Positions 29,301-37,645 of a DNA stretch of 62,190 bases are shown here, piece by piece (positions within the stretch are counted from its first letter, which is position 1; the number at the start of each line of letters is the position of its first letter). Source of the DNA: a virus (taxonomy: Duplodnaviria > Caudoviricetes). The translations under genes and the position numbers were made by a program. The stretch covers positions 1 through 62,190 of the IMG/VR virus record IMGVR_UViG_3300017978_000202; one strand, given 5' to 3'. A model generated the notes under the pieces. The model was not told the origin of the DNA, did not search any database, and saw nothing but the letters and a program-made list of their open reading frames with translations.

Positions 29301-31858
29301 GTAGTAAGATATTGAACCTGCTTGGTAAGCCCATTAAGAGCAGTCAAGCCTGTAGTAAATGTTGTAATTATCTGACAAAGGTTACTATTCTCAGTATGTA
29401 GCGTTATAGTTTTGCCTGAGTTGTTTACATATATCCTAATAGCAAGTCTATCAGTGATTGCTAATACAGTCTCAGGAACAGCTAATGGTGAAAAATATGG
29501 ACTAACAGTAGTTCCAAAAGCAATAAACTCAGGGTTAGCAGAGTTGTCTGCAATCAAAGTGAATGTGGTACCATCGTACTTGTACAACTCAACATAGAAT
29601 GATGGAGTGCCACCTGCACTTGAAGCAGAAAAATAAATTTCAAAGTTCCAGTTTCCTGCTGGAATTAATAATGATTCAGGGTCATTGGCATCAGTAATAA
29701 ACTGAGCAACGTATCCGTTTGTAGCAATATTAAAATCAGTACCAGCTCCAAATACTGGAATCTTACTCATCTCATAGTACGTGTTGCCTACAAATGTCCC
29801 TTGATTTATAGAGCCATTTAAGTAGTAAGACACAGATGAGCCTCCGCCTCCTCCGCCACTTGGAAAGTCTCCAAGAGTACCATCACCTCTGACATACTGT
29901 GTTGCCGTACCTGCGCCAACAACAGTTAGTGTCCCAGCACTTGTTACAGGGCTGTTCGATACAGTAAACGCAGCAGGCATACTAAGCCCCACACTTGTAA
30001 CTGTACCTACAAATTGGTCAGTGTACTGAGGGATATTTAATACGTTACCAATTAATGTTGCAGCACCACTTGTCCCTATTGTAGTTAAAGTCAAAGCACC
30101 CTGTGCTCCAATGTCACTCAGCAACTCAGCACCTGTTCTGTACTTAATTACTCCTCCATCAGATACAATGAACTTATCAGTGTCAACAGTTGCATTTGCA
30201 ATAGTCTCAATGTATACGTTACCCTCTACTGAAAGCTTGTGCCCATTGTCTACTACACCATCGCCAAGTATAAAATTACCATTGGCAAATAGTCTTGATA
30301 CCTGAGTGCCAGCTATAGATTGAACTACAAGTCCATCAGTGTAGCTGTGTACAGTCGACCTCGGAGAACCGAAGTTGTTCATCTGAATTGAGTACGTATA
30401 CGCAGTCAATCCAATGTTTGTAAAGTTTACCGTACCCCCGGTTGCGCTATTGTACTGAAAGTTAAATGTATCAGGGCCATAGGACAATGGGCTATCAACT
30501 AATGATGTAGCACCACTCCACATTGGTAAAGTAAATATTGTACCAGTCCCTGTTACAGGATTGGTTAATGCGTTCTGCTTATTGTTAAACGTGTTCCAGT
30601 CAGTGCTAGACAAATATCCATCTGAGCTTGCTCCTGCCTGCGTAATACCTATTGTGCCTGAGCCTGTAATAGTACCACCTGTCAATGGGCCGCTGGTGCC
30701 AACACTAGTTACAGTGCCTACACTCCAACTCCTATCGGCAGTCAAGTCGTATGTTACACCGTTGATAGTTAATGTCCTGCTGCTCGATACGCCATCAGTA
30801 ATGCCGTACCCAGCTAATGTGGTAGGAGTGCCTGTAATCTTAGTCCATGCAAGCGAAGTAATCCAAGTCGGATTAGCATAGCTTTGGTCTGTACGTACAT
30901 CGCCTACAGTCCATGTTCTATCAGCAGTCAAGTCAAACTGGACCCCATTGATAGTAAGATTTCTTGTTGCTGGAGGTGCTCCAACATCACTGAAGGTAAG
31001 CACAACAGCACCAGTGTAGCCATTAACACTAACGACAGCATCGGTATTGTCTACCTTCTCCCAAACACTTCCATTAAATATGGCCCAATCACCTAGCTGC
31101 CAGTCAGTAATGCCATTAAGATTGGTTGTTCCTGCAACATTTACTACGTAGTAATGGCCCTGTACACCTACTGAGCTCTGTAAGAATGGTACGTTAGTAG
31201 CCGCATTCCATGTCCCCTCGTAAGTTACTCCACCTGCAAGCCCATTGATTTGGTTTTGTACCTTGCCAAATGCTGTAAGGATGCTGTCTGTATCAACCAC
31301 AGTACCGCCAGTAATATTCAAACCGGTCAATACTTTACTGATTACAGCTAGGTTGCTTAATGTAACTGTAGCGTTACCCGGGCCCATAGCAGTAGCCTCA
31401 CCACTAAGCTGAGTGATGTAGTTGCCCTGAGCCTGATACTGTGGGATATTAAGAGTCTTGCCAATATAGGTGGCAGCACCACTTGTACCAGTGGTTGTTA
31501 GTGTATCAATTGTGTTTAAGTCCCAAGACCTATTTGCACTTAAATCAAATGTTACAGAATTAATTGTAAGTGTTCTAGTTTGAGGCGTATATACTGTACT
31601 GTCTAGGCTGCCATTAGCTTTTACAAACTGACTAGCAAGGCCTCCATCTACAATAAAAGATGACGCCTCAATACTGAAGGCGCCTAAGTTTACATTGCCA
31701 GTAGCACCAACGTATGGCACAAAATTATTTGAAATGAGAGTTGCAACATCCCCCAGCGAAAAGTTTTTGGTGATATTCAAATCATCTACATCGGTCCCTA
31801 TGAGTAGGTCATTAAGGGTAGGAGTAGAAATTATGGGGTATGTACTTATCCGTGCCAT
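26357..31858 (-). CDS. Long tail fibre protein, 1833 aa
   Basis: Thr/Gly-rich repeats (RTLTINGVTYDLTA.RSW, LTTTGTSG.AT...LNIP.Y, KQNALTNPVTGTGT); AT-richer distal module. Confidence 0.8.
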   Translation of the reverse strand: MARISTYPIISTPTLNDLLIGTDVDDLNITKNFSLGDVATLISNNFVPYVGATGNVNLGAFSIEASSFIVDGGLASQFVKANGSLDSTVYTPQTRTLTINSVTFDLSANRSWDLNTIDTLTTTGTSGAATYIGKTLNIPQYQAQGNYITQLSGEATAMGPGNATVTLSNLAVISKVLTGLNITGGTVVDTDSILTAFGKVQNQINGLAGGVTYEGTWNAATNVPFLQSSVGVQGHYYVVNVAGTTNLNGITDWQLGDWAIFNGSVWEKVDNTDAVVSVNGYTGAVVLTFSDVGAPPATRNLTINGVQFDLTADRTWTVGDVRTDQSYANPTWITSLAWTKITGTPTTLAGYGITDGVSSSRTLTINGVTYDLTADRSWSVGTVTSVGTSGPLTGGTITGSGTIGITQAGASSDGYLSSTDWNTFNNKQNALTNPVTGTGTIFTLPMWSGATSLVDSPLSYGPDTFNFQYNSATGGTVNFTNIGLTAYTYSIQMNNFGSPRSTVHSYTDGLVVQSIAGTQVSRLFANGNFILGDGVVDNGHKLSVEGNVYIETIANATVDTDKFIVSDGGVIKYRTGAELLSDIGAQGALTLTTIGTSGAATLIGNVLNIPQYTDQFVGTVTSVGLSMPAAFTVSNSPVTSAGTLTVVGAGTATQYVRGDGTLGDFPSGGGGGGSSVSYYLNGSINQGTFVGNTYYEMSKIPVFGAGTDFNIATNGYVAQFITDANDPESLLIPAGNWNFEIYFSASSAGGTPSFYVELYKYDGTTFTLIADNSANPEFIAFGTTVSPYFSPLAVPETVLAITDRLAIRIYVNNSGKTITLHTENSNLCQIITTFTTGLTALNGLTKQVQYLTTGTSGTDFNIASSVATHTFNLPTATSTIRGALSSADWITFNGKQNAITLTTTGTSGPATFIANTLNIPNYTTDLSGYVTLNTSQTITASKSFTAGLILSSEGSGNQNTVFRNTASIHSGSGGSNIFGFNDSNNIYFGKGLSNGGVLQWSNSAVRYYTLQDGDGTLAFLSDIPSLAGYVTLATDQTITGLKTIMRVGAAIDVLNFKIDTSNIYALKVAYNQNELSPSGEATWSLVNTFNNGSGTGLTTTPISFFRGVLVTGERLLSASVNSNLLDYYGNNPAGRYPIYAYNTGVQQFASSIIVGETTGVVNAVTGAIADLPAGVVANFKGRVIGSDAVNNNEFVTLSQATSTSRASISLTTTGTSGPATYNNVTGVLNIPEYQGGVTSFNTRTGAVTLTSLDVTTALGYTPVTDARTLSINGVTYDLTANRSWTVGVNPSAREIQTYIATASQTTFTVTGGYTVGLVDVFINGVRLTSSDYTATNGTTVVLAVGTMAGNIVDIIKYTSGIVNSISGSGTTNELAYFTASTTIASLSTATYPSLTELSYVKGVTSSIQTQLNGKQNALTNPVTGTGTTNYLTKFTGSTTIGNSNLINDSSGNLGLGVTPSAWTLFSGVLELNGGPAIGGFANTTYFLQNSNFDSGFKYKTTGTAGRYELGGQHSWWIAPSGTAGNAITFTQAMTLFSSGNLSVGPTSDAGFKLDVNGTGRFSGSVTVSGSFISNVVNGYGLRLNRAAVTNYNGISHATGGAERWFVGMRENLSSNNYIIYNEATGVDALTINTTTSAATFSSSVTANTLSSRYHTMPSGSGFNAFEMGNDPTAGGWYIYDLTNSQYRLTIKNNGNVLIGTTTDNGDKLQVNGAIKASNLLGGTYIPTASNTGNLTSIAPQVCQYIRVDNIVNVSGVINITPTTSGAVFFDISLPISSGNFTNFTQTGGNGVTNVVYNSYTINSNGGTTRVSFNGVSTYPAAHSLYFTFQYIIL

Positions 31859-31898
31859 TCGCTGTCAAATAATTAAACAAATATACTAAAGATAAGCC

Positions 31899-32354
31899 TT
31901 ATTTTTTAAAGAAGAATCTAATCGACAAAATGACGATTGGAATCAACAATAGCCAAGCCATATTCAAGGCACTGGGCTTCTTGTCTATTGACTTGTCGTA
32001 AGTCTCTGTACTCTCTTCTTTGCTTACCTCAGTTTGTCTGTAGTCACTAACAGCAACAGTTGTTTTTGTAGAGTCTACAACATTTCTCTTAATTTTTTTT
32101 ATTCTCAACTTAGCATTTAGATACTCTTTTCCTCCAATTACTACAGGCTTTAAAGTATCTATTGGGACAATCTCAATTTCGTCAATGTCCTCCTTTATGC
32201 TAATCGCATTCTGCTGGAATACTACGCTGTCTTTTTTATCTACCACTACGCTATCAACCTTTGTCTCGACTAGAGACTTAGATACAGCTACTTTCTTCGT
32301 GGAACACGAGAAGACTACAAGACTAAGGAAGATTAATGTAAGAAGTCTTACCAT
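31899..32354 (-). CDS. Unimolecular spanin (u-spanin) candidate
   Basis: N-terminal lipoprotein signal ending FSC, C-terminal TM helix then KK; overlaps the endolysin stop. Confidence 0.65.
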   Translation of the reverse strand: MVRLLTLIFLSLVVFSCSTKKVAVSKSLVETKVDSVVVDKKDSVVFQQNAISIKEDIDEIEIVPIDTLKPVVIGGKEYLNAKLRIKKIKRNVVDSTKTTVAVSDYRQTEVSKEESTETYDKSIDKKPSALNMAWLLLIPIVILSIRFFFKK

Positions 32355-32787
32355 TTTTACGTACAGCTTTTAACTTTTGCTTTCTATTTTTGCCTTTTGT
32401 GTAAGATACGTGTACCCAATCCGGGTTGGAATCCGTCCCAAATTCATGTATAATCTGGTCCCAATCAAGGTTAGCAACAATAAAGTCAAAGACCATCTTG
32501 TTGGTAACCTCACTATCACTTCCATCCATGTCGATGTCAATCGCTTCTCCCTTACAATGCTGAGAGGACGAGCTACCCTTAATGAATTTATTAAGAGCTG
32601 CTGACCTATACCCAGAGCTGATATGAATAGGGACTCCAAAGTGTGCACGAATAGGCTCGAATACCTTTTCTGCTAATAGTTTAAAGTTCTCTAAATGCTC
32701 AGCAGTAGGCGTGTTATCAATGCCTTTTCGCTTTGCACTTTCGCTTCTTGTCACCTCAGCAAGTGATAGGTGCTTTGATATTTTCAT
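32323..32787 (-). CDS. Endolysin, peptidase M15A family
   Basis: SSGYRS, SQH..GEA.D, WVHVS Zn-binding motifs. Confidence 0.85.
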   Translation of the reverse strand: MKISKHLSLAEVTRSESAKRKGIDNTPTAEHLENFKLLAEKVFEPIRAHFGVPIHISSGYRSAALNKFIKGSSSSQHCKGEAIDIDMDGSDSEVTNKMVFDFIVANLDWDQIIHEFGTDSNPDWVHVSYTKGKNRKQKLKAVRKNGKTSYINLP

Positions 32788-33215
32788 TTTATATCGTCAA
32801 TGTCTGACTTTATTTCTTTAGCTCTGCTAAGAACTTTCTTAATCATTGGCCAAATCTCAATCTTAAACGCAGCCTCTATGTTCTCCTTGATGGATACGAG
32901 CTCAATAAAAATCAAAAGGATTGCGCATATCTTGGTGAACATGAACTCAATCCCAAAACTTTTAATAATAAACTCGTTCAATAAGAACTTGTCTATCAAG
33001 AATAGAAGCAATATACATACTTCGTAAAGCAACATTTTACTCACAATATTAGACAGCTTTCTGCTTCTTATACTTTTGAATCCATCCAACTTTATTGACT
33101 TAAATATTCCCGTGAATGTATCAAGAATAATAGCGGCTGCTACGGCTATTAATAAGCCGTATATCGGGGCGAATAGCAGAACTATAGATGCAAGTATGTA
33201 TTGTAAGTATCTCAT
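32784..33215 (-). CDS. Holin
   Basis: Multiple TM segments, D..TG..K and E..SI.EN motifs; adjacent to endolysin. Confidence 0.7.
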   Translation of the reverse strand: MRYLQYILASIVLLFAPIYGLLIAVAAAIILDTFTGIFKSIKLDGFKSIRSRKLSNIVSKMLLYEVCILLLFLIDKFLLNEFIIKSFGIEFMFTKICAILLIFIELVSIKENIEAAFKIEIWPMIKKVLSRAKEIKSDIDDIK

Positions 33216-33349
33216 CGTCCTTGGCCTTTATATGGCTTCTTATAAAGATTACTTCCCTTACTAGTACTGGTCTTTGTCTTGGCCGCTACACCTTTGCTGT
33301 TAGACTTCTTAACGTATGTGTTTGCGATTGAAATCTTAGCCTTTGCCAT
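33212..33349 (-). CDS. Small basic protein (45 aa, ends YKKPYKGQGR)
   Basis: Manual translation; ATGA overlap with holin start. Confidence 0.65.
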   Translation of the reverse strand: MAKAKISIANTYVKKSNSKGVAAKTKTSTSKGSNLYKKPYKGQGR

Positions 33350-33350
33350 C

Positions 33351-33842
33351 TTACCAAAGAGCTACAAGTTGAACAGCAGTGGTGCCACTAGATTGTGACC
33401 AAAGCTTAATTACCTGAACAGGTAATACTTCTCCTGCTTGAGCACCAAAGAAAGTAATTACATCTCCTCCAATGGTAGTAACTTTTACGTTACCCGCTAC
33501 TCCAACATACAAGAAACATCCTGCGTTTCCAATGGTAGTCTGAGAACTTGCAGCGTACACGATATAATTACTTGGTGTTACATCAAAAATGTCTGCATTC
33601 AACAACAATGTTGTTTCACTTACAACAACTAGAACAGTTGCAGCTAGTGCATCTGAAGTGTTGTAAACAATGTCGCCTGTCTTAACTCCATCTGTTACAA
33701 ATGTAGCAGAAGAATCGACAAGAGATGCAACCACAATAGAAGTGTTTGTACCGTCTGAAATTACAGCAGGAAAAGGAATATTGGCATTATCGGTTCTTAT
33801 AGCCGTTAACGCTCTTGAGAATGTTGTTTTAAAAACTGACAT
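33351..33842 (-). CDS. Head spike-base/decoration-like protein (RcGTA Rcc01079-like C-terminal domain)
   Basis: LYVG..GNVKV...GG..ITF....AG..LPVQV......TTA..LVAL motif. Confidence 0.55.
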   Translation of the reverse strand: MSVFKTTFSRALTAIRTDNANIPFPAVISDGTNTSIVVASLVDSSATFVTDGVKTGDIVYNTSDALAATVLVVVSETTLLLNADIFDVTPSNYIVYAASSQTTIGNAGCFLYVGVAGNVKVTTIGGDVITFFGAQAGEVLPVQVIKLWSQSSGTTAVQLVALW

Positions 33843-33847
33843 AATTT

Positions 33848-34009
33848 TTATTGTTTATCTTGATATGGAAATGCTCTATTCAATGCGTCTCTGCGGGCAC
33901 CACATCCACAATCTTTGCCTGTGGCAGCGCTAACCGCTTCAACTACTTTTTTAATACCCGTAACTTTTGTGACCTTCTCGATGGTGTCACCTAATCCTTT
34001 GCTTTTCAT
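33848..34009 (-). CDS. Small conserved phage protein (SKGLGDTI...DCGC..R...LN)
   Basis: Motif; start re-assigned to ATG 34009. Confidence 0.65.
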   Translation of the reverse strand: MKSKGLGDTIEKVTKVTGIKKVVEAVSAATGKDCGCGARRDALNRAFPYQDKQ

Positions 34010-34010
34010 A

Positions 34011-34100
34011 GTCGTTATAAGCAACAATGGCATCAACCCTCTTGGAGCTGATGCCTTGTTTTTTTTATATCTTGTTAGATAGTCTACTAAACTTGCTCAT
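34011..34100 (-). pseudogene. Disrupted small basic-protein gene MSKFSRLSNKI*KKQGISSKRVDAIVA
   Basis: In-frame TAA at 34065-34067 where CAA would give IQKKQG; the 3' part appears truncated. Confidence 0.45.
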
Positions 34101-34494
34101 CGTCTTGAGATGGTTGCTCAGGCTCGATGCCTTCAACCCATCCTGCGAGGAACTTGAAGCTATCAATGCCTTCTGTTGAAAATGTAAACTGATAAAACTC
34201 GAAAGTCTCATCAAGAAGATTCTTCATATCTTTAGACATAGCCTTGATTCCATCCTTGGTGAACTTGTATTCACCCTTCTCATTTAGGTCCAATACACCA
34301 TTGGACTCGGTATGAGCATGGTCAAGACGAATGTCTTCTCTTTTCTCATTGTACTGCTCAAATAGAGGCTTAATCTTGTCTACAATCTTTTTAAGCTTAG
34401 CCTCTGCCTTACTACCTTTCTCAGTAGGGGTTACGTTCAACGCTCTAACTAGCTCTAGCAATTCAGCGTTTGTCTTTAATACTTTCTCTGCCAT
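34087..34494 (-). CDS. Hypothetical protein
   Basis: 135 aa with own TATATTTG promoter (34515-34522) and AAATCAAATG start. Confidence 0.7.
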   Translation of the reverse strand: MAEKVLKTNAELLELVRALNVTPTEKGSKAEAKLKKIVDKIKPLFEQYNEKREDIRLDHAHTESNGVLDLNEKGEYKFTKDGIKAMSKDMKNLLDETFEFYQFTFSTEGIDSFKFLAGWVEGIEPEQPSQDDEQV

Positions 34495-34522
34495 TTGATT
34501 TGATTTTGTTTTTCCAAATATA

Positions 34523-34861
34523 CTAAACTTTTGAAACTCTTTTACCCATACCTACTCTTGACTTCTCTGCTTTTTTAGCAGAAAGTTTTGATGGGCTAAT
34601 CTCACTCTTTGTCTTTGGTGTCTCTGAGGACACTCGTGTTGTTGGCCGGCAGTACTCGTTCTTACCGCCAGCACCACAGGCCTTACCGCTCTTGGTGTCC
34701 TGCCACTTCTCTTTCTCCCAACGCTTTAAGCTAGACCCCTTCTCAGACTTAACAACATTGCCAGATGCCTTTCGGCATTTGGCAATAGCCTGTGAGGCCC
34801 TAGCAGAAGGGAACACATCATAAGATGCCTTTACTTTATTGTAGCAAGCGTCCTTAGGCAT
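34523..34861 (-). CDS. Basic Cys-containing conserved phage protein
   Basis: DACY.KVK.Y.V.PSA, L.RW.KEKW, CRP..RVS..TPKT motifs. Confidence 0.7.
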   Translation of the reverse strand: MPKDACYNKVKASYDVFPSARASQAIAKCRKASGNVVKSEKGSSLKRWEKEKWQDTKSGKACGAGGKNEYCRPTTRVSSETPKTKSEISPSKLSAKKAEKSRVGMGKRVSKV

Positions 34862-34862
34862 C

Positions 34863-35060
34863 TTACTTCTTTTTCTTGGCGATTACACCTTTGGCAATCA
34901 AGACATCTTTCTTGGTAACCTTGCCATCACCACTAACATCAGGGAAGCCCTTCTTTTTGCTAGTAGTAGTTTTGCTTACATTTCCTTTTAAAAACTTCAT
35001 AGGTCCGTCTAGTGATTTTTTAGATTCGTACTTTGCTGCTTTTTCAATTACCTTTTTCAT
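34863..35060 (-). CDS. Small basic protein with EF-hand-like loop
   Basis: FPDVSGDGKVTKKD motif; Lys-rich. Confidence 0.6.
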   Translation of the reverse strand: MKKVIEKAAKYESKKSLDGPMKFLKGNVSKTTTSKKKGFPDVSGDGKVTKKDVLIAKGVIAKKKK

Positions 35061-35061
35061 A

Positions 35062-35226
35062 CTATTTCTTCTTAGCCTTAATTAAACGATTCTCCGTTTT
35101 AGCGGCTCTTCCAAAAAGTCTGTCAGCCTTTCTTTCTCTACCCTCATCCACAGCCTTCATGCCCTTGCTTACAAGCTTAGTTTCTTTTTTCTCTAGCCTA
35201 GATACTTTTTGATTTGGCATTTTCAT
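35062..35226 (-). CDS. Small basic protein (54 aa)
   Basis: Manual translation MKMPNQKVSRLEKKE...AKKK; fills the gap between neighbours. Confidence 0.6.
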   Translation of the reverse strand: MKMPNQKVSRLEKKETKLVSKGMKAVDEGRERKADRLFGRAAKTENRLIKAKKK

Positions 35227-35230
35227 AACA

Positions 35231-35521
35231 TTAATACTTGCCTCTACGGCCTTTAGGTGATGATTGAGTCGAGCCTCCCGGCCCCGCCCATAGGTTCTTA
35301 CAAGCCCAATACTTAGGCGTTAATTTGTCATTAGCAGAGTCACAGCCATGTCTAGCCTTAAAGCTCTTACGAGCCGCAGACGAATAGTTATGGCCGTATC
35401 CCTTTGCTCCAAAGTGGAGGAGCTTCTCCTCCCCTCCGGAACAAGCCTTAACCATCTTCTTCTTACCGGGACGGTCAGAAGCAGTAGGACGGTTACATTG
35501 CATCTTTGACTTATCAGCCAT
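35231..35521 (-). CDS. Basic conserved phage protein (RKSFKARH.C...YWAC..LW)
   Basis: Motif; A-rich leader. Confidence 0.7.
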   Translation of the reverse strand: MADKSKMQCNRPTASDRPGKKKMVKACSGGEEKLLHFGAKGYGHNYSSAARKSFKARHGCDSANDKLTPKYWACKNLWAGPGGSTQSSPKGRRGKY

Positions 35522-35526
35522 TTTAA

Positions 35527-35670
35527 TTAGGCTCTAAATCCTCTAGTAGTATGACCCGGTGTTGCCGGTGTTTCCTTCTCTTCTTTAGCTACAGGAACGT
35601 CTTTTACAACTGGTGCTTTTTCAACCACCTCGTTCTCTACTAGTCCTGACTTTACTTCTTGCTTTGCCAT
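35527..35670 (-). CDS. Small protein (47 aa)
   Basis: Manual translation MAKQEVKSGLVENE...GHTTRGFRA; TAATC-ATG coupling. Confidence 0.55.
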   Translation of the reverse strand: MAKQEVKSGLVENEVVEKAPVVKDVPVAKEEKETPATPGHTTRGFRA

Positions 35671-35672
35671 GA

Positions 35673-36167
35673 TTATTTTTTATTTTTTTTTGAACGTGAT
35701 AATTGTCCATCCTTAACTCCTTCATAACCCGGTAGTTTTGTGAACTTATAAGTTGAGTAGTCCATTTTTGGGTCTTTTCCCTTTGGTGTACCCGGGTCAA
35801 ATTTAGTTCGAGCGTATCCCGGAGAATTTCCTCTTGGAAAATCTCTTTTAGGAAGATTAATATTTTTTTCTACAACTCTTTCTTTAGCGCTTGTTTCTTT
35901 TTTAATTACTTGTTTAACAGCTTTATCAGCCACTTTACCTGTAACCTTCTCAACTTTAGCTTTAGCTTTGTCTACTTTAGCGACAGCCTTGCCTACTTTA
36001 GCCATAGTCTTGCCTTCGATTGCTTTCTTTCTATTGTATTCAATAGCATTATCTCTACTTGAGATAAGATTTTTGCCAGCCTTAGATACTTTTTCCTTAG
36101 CCTTCTCTACCTTATTTTCGGCTCTAGCGATTCTGCCGCCCGGGCCCATTGCTTTACCCATTGCCAT
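35673..36167 (-). CDS. Lys/Ala-rich basic protein
   Basis: 164 aa with AK/VK low-complexity segment. Confidence 0.65.
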   Translation of the reverse strand: MAMGKAMGPGGRIARAENKVEKAKEKVSKAGKNLISSRDNAIEYNRKKAIEGKTMAKVGKAVAKVDKAKAKVEKVTGKVADKAVKQVIKKETSAKERVVEKNINLPKRDFPRGNSPGYARTKFDPGTPKGKDPKMDYSTYKFTKLPGYEGVKDGQLSRSKKNKK

Positions 36168-36169
36168 GA

Positions 36170-36352
36170 TTATTTCTTAACCATTTTCTTGGCTACGCCA
36201 CCTGATTTAATTGCAGACTTAGCACCCTTAGAAGGTACGCCACCTGACATAGCCAACGGCTTGGCTTTTAATGCTCCTTTGATAGATGGTCCACCACCTG
36301 AAGGAGGTTGCAACTTAGAAGATGCAGGGAGATTTGGAATGTCCTTTTTCAT
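36170..36352 (-). CDS. Small basic Gly/Lys-rich protein
   Basis: 60 aa; A-rich leader. Confidence 0.6.
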   Translation of the reverse strand: MKKDIPNLPASSKLQPPSGGGPSIKGALKAKPLAMSGGVPSKGAKSAIKSGGVAKKMVKK

Positions 36353-36386
36353 TTTGTTTTTTGTTTTAAAGTTATTAATAATCTTT

Positions 36387-36620
36387 TTATTTAAATGTAG
36401 CTAATCCTTGTAATTTACCCAAGCCTGAGATTCTACTGGCTCCCCCAACCCTGCGCTGCCTGTTCTTAGAGAGCTTATCCTTTAGCTTATCTTTGCCAGC
36501 TTGAATAGCAGCAATCTCTCTAGCCTGCTTGTTCTTAAAGGTAATTGCATCAAGCTCACTGCGTAGGCTTTTAACCTCTTCATCAGTTGATTTCTCCTCA
36601 GATTTCTTCTTCTCTGCCAT
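36387..36620 (-). CDS. Small basic protein
   Basis: 77 aa; directly downstream of a TACATTTG promoter. Confidence 0.6.
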   Translation of the reverse strand: MAEKKKSEEKSTDEEVKSLRSELDAITFKNKQAREIAAIQAGKDKLKDKLSKNRQRRVGGASRISGLGKLQGLATFK

Positions 36621-36634
36621 AAATATAATTTATT

Positions 36635-36655
36635 TACCTTTGCTTTACAAATGTA
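36635..36655. promoter_or_regulatory. Overlapping face-to-face Bacteroidota -7 promoter boxes
   Basis: TACCTTTG (+, 36635-36642) and TACATTTG (-, 36648-36655), both matching TAnnTTTG. Confidence 0.6.
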
Positions 36656-36669
36656 ATAAAATTAAATTA

Positions 36670-37134
36670 ATGAAATCAACACCAAGTGACTACCTAAAGT
36701 TTTGGCGTGTAATCAGATATTATGTTAAGGCCAAGCACCAGATAAGTCAAGCAGACCTTGACATCATCCTGTTCCTGTACTCCGAAGGATATTTTGGTAA
36801 AGAAAAGTTTGAGCAATATGTACAGCTAGTTAGCTGGGATAAGGACCGCTTCAATGACTTGCTAAGGAACAAGTGGCTTGAACGCTTCAGAAGAAGAGGA
36901 ACTGATGGCCGGGCCCTGTACTCTTTGAGCGATAAGGCAAAAAATTTAGTTAGAGACATCTATAGAAAACTTGAGGGAGAGGAAATACCGACCAGTCTCT
37001 CCTTCAACCCCATGTTCCTAAAGAATGTCTCCTACAATGATAAGGTCTATCGAAATATGATACTTGAAATGAACGCCTACAACCGGGCCAACAAGTATCG
37101 TAAGCCAATTAAAGAGGATGACAACGATGGTTAA
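36670..37134 (+). CDS. Winged-helix (MarR-like) DNA-binding protein
   Basis: Start re-assigned to ATG 36670; LDIILFLY...L....W....R......LY.LS.K pattern; only plus-strand gene in the late region. Confidence 0.55.
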   Translation: MKSTPSDYLKFWRVIRYYVKAKHQISQADLDIILFLYSEGYFGKEKFEQYVQLVSWDKDRFNDLLRNKWLERFRRRGTDGRALYSLSDKAKNLVRDIYRKLEGEEIPTSLSFNPMFLKNVSYNDKVYRNMILEMNAYNRANKYRKPIKEDDNDG

Positions 37135-37388
37135 ATCACCACCACTACATCACGCTCAGAAATAATTGTATACTGCTCGTTGTCAATTAGCATTGTGAAG
37201 CTATGAGACTTGTCGTAGTACAGCTCATCCATCTCATCAATGACGTCAACGTCAGTGCCTGTCGCTATCACCTCAGCACGCTTGTATCGCAACTGATTGG
37301 TGTCCTCACCAGAAAGGATTAGACCACTCTCGGTCTTAATCTCCTCTTGGATGTCCTTTACAATAATGTATTTGCCTATTGGTCTCAT
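37131..37388 (-). CDS. groES: Co-chaperonin GroES
   Basis: MRPIG..IIV, KTESGLIL, V.A.G, I.ERDV motifs. Confidence 0.85.
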   Translation of the reverse strand: MRPIGKYIIVKDIQEEIKTESGLILSGEDTNQLRYKRAEVIATGTDVDVIDEMDELYYDKSHSFTMLIDNEQYTIISERDVVVVI

Positions 37389-37645
37389 AGCTCTGGAATT
37401 ACTCTTATAAATGAAGGGGTGTTCTCACCAACGTAAGCCCCTGCAATGTTGTACTCGTAGTACTCAATGGCCTCATCCACCTCCATCCCGTCTCTTATTA
37501 GGATATTAATGACCTCGTCAATGTCATAGACAATCCTTCCGTTCTGTTCGTCAACACCAATGATGGCATAATCGAATCCATCCGCAAATAGGAACGTCTC
37601 ATCGGGATACAGCTCCTTTATTAGGTCAATCTTACTGCTGCTCAT
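37385..37645 (-). CDS. Conserved acidic phage protein
   Basis: ADGFD.AIIG...VYD...EA.EY..YNI.GAYVGE.TP motif; start re-assigned to 37645. Confidence 0.7.
   Translation of the reverse strand: MSSSKIDLIKELYPDETFLFADGFDYAIIGVDEQNGRIVYDIDEVINILIRDGMEVDEAIEYYEYNIAGAYVGENTPSFIRVIPEL

Noticed and set aside
26357-31858. Diversity-generating retroelement or invertible fibre cassette
   Set aside because: Repeats are degenerate protein-level repeats; no reverse transcriptase, invertase or near-identical template repeat seen.
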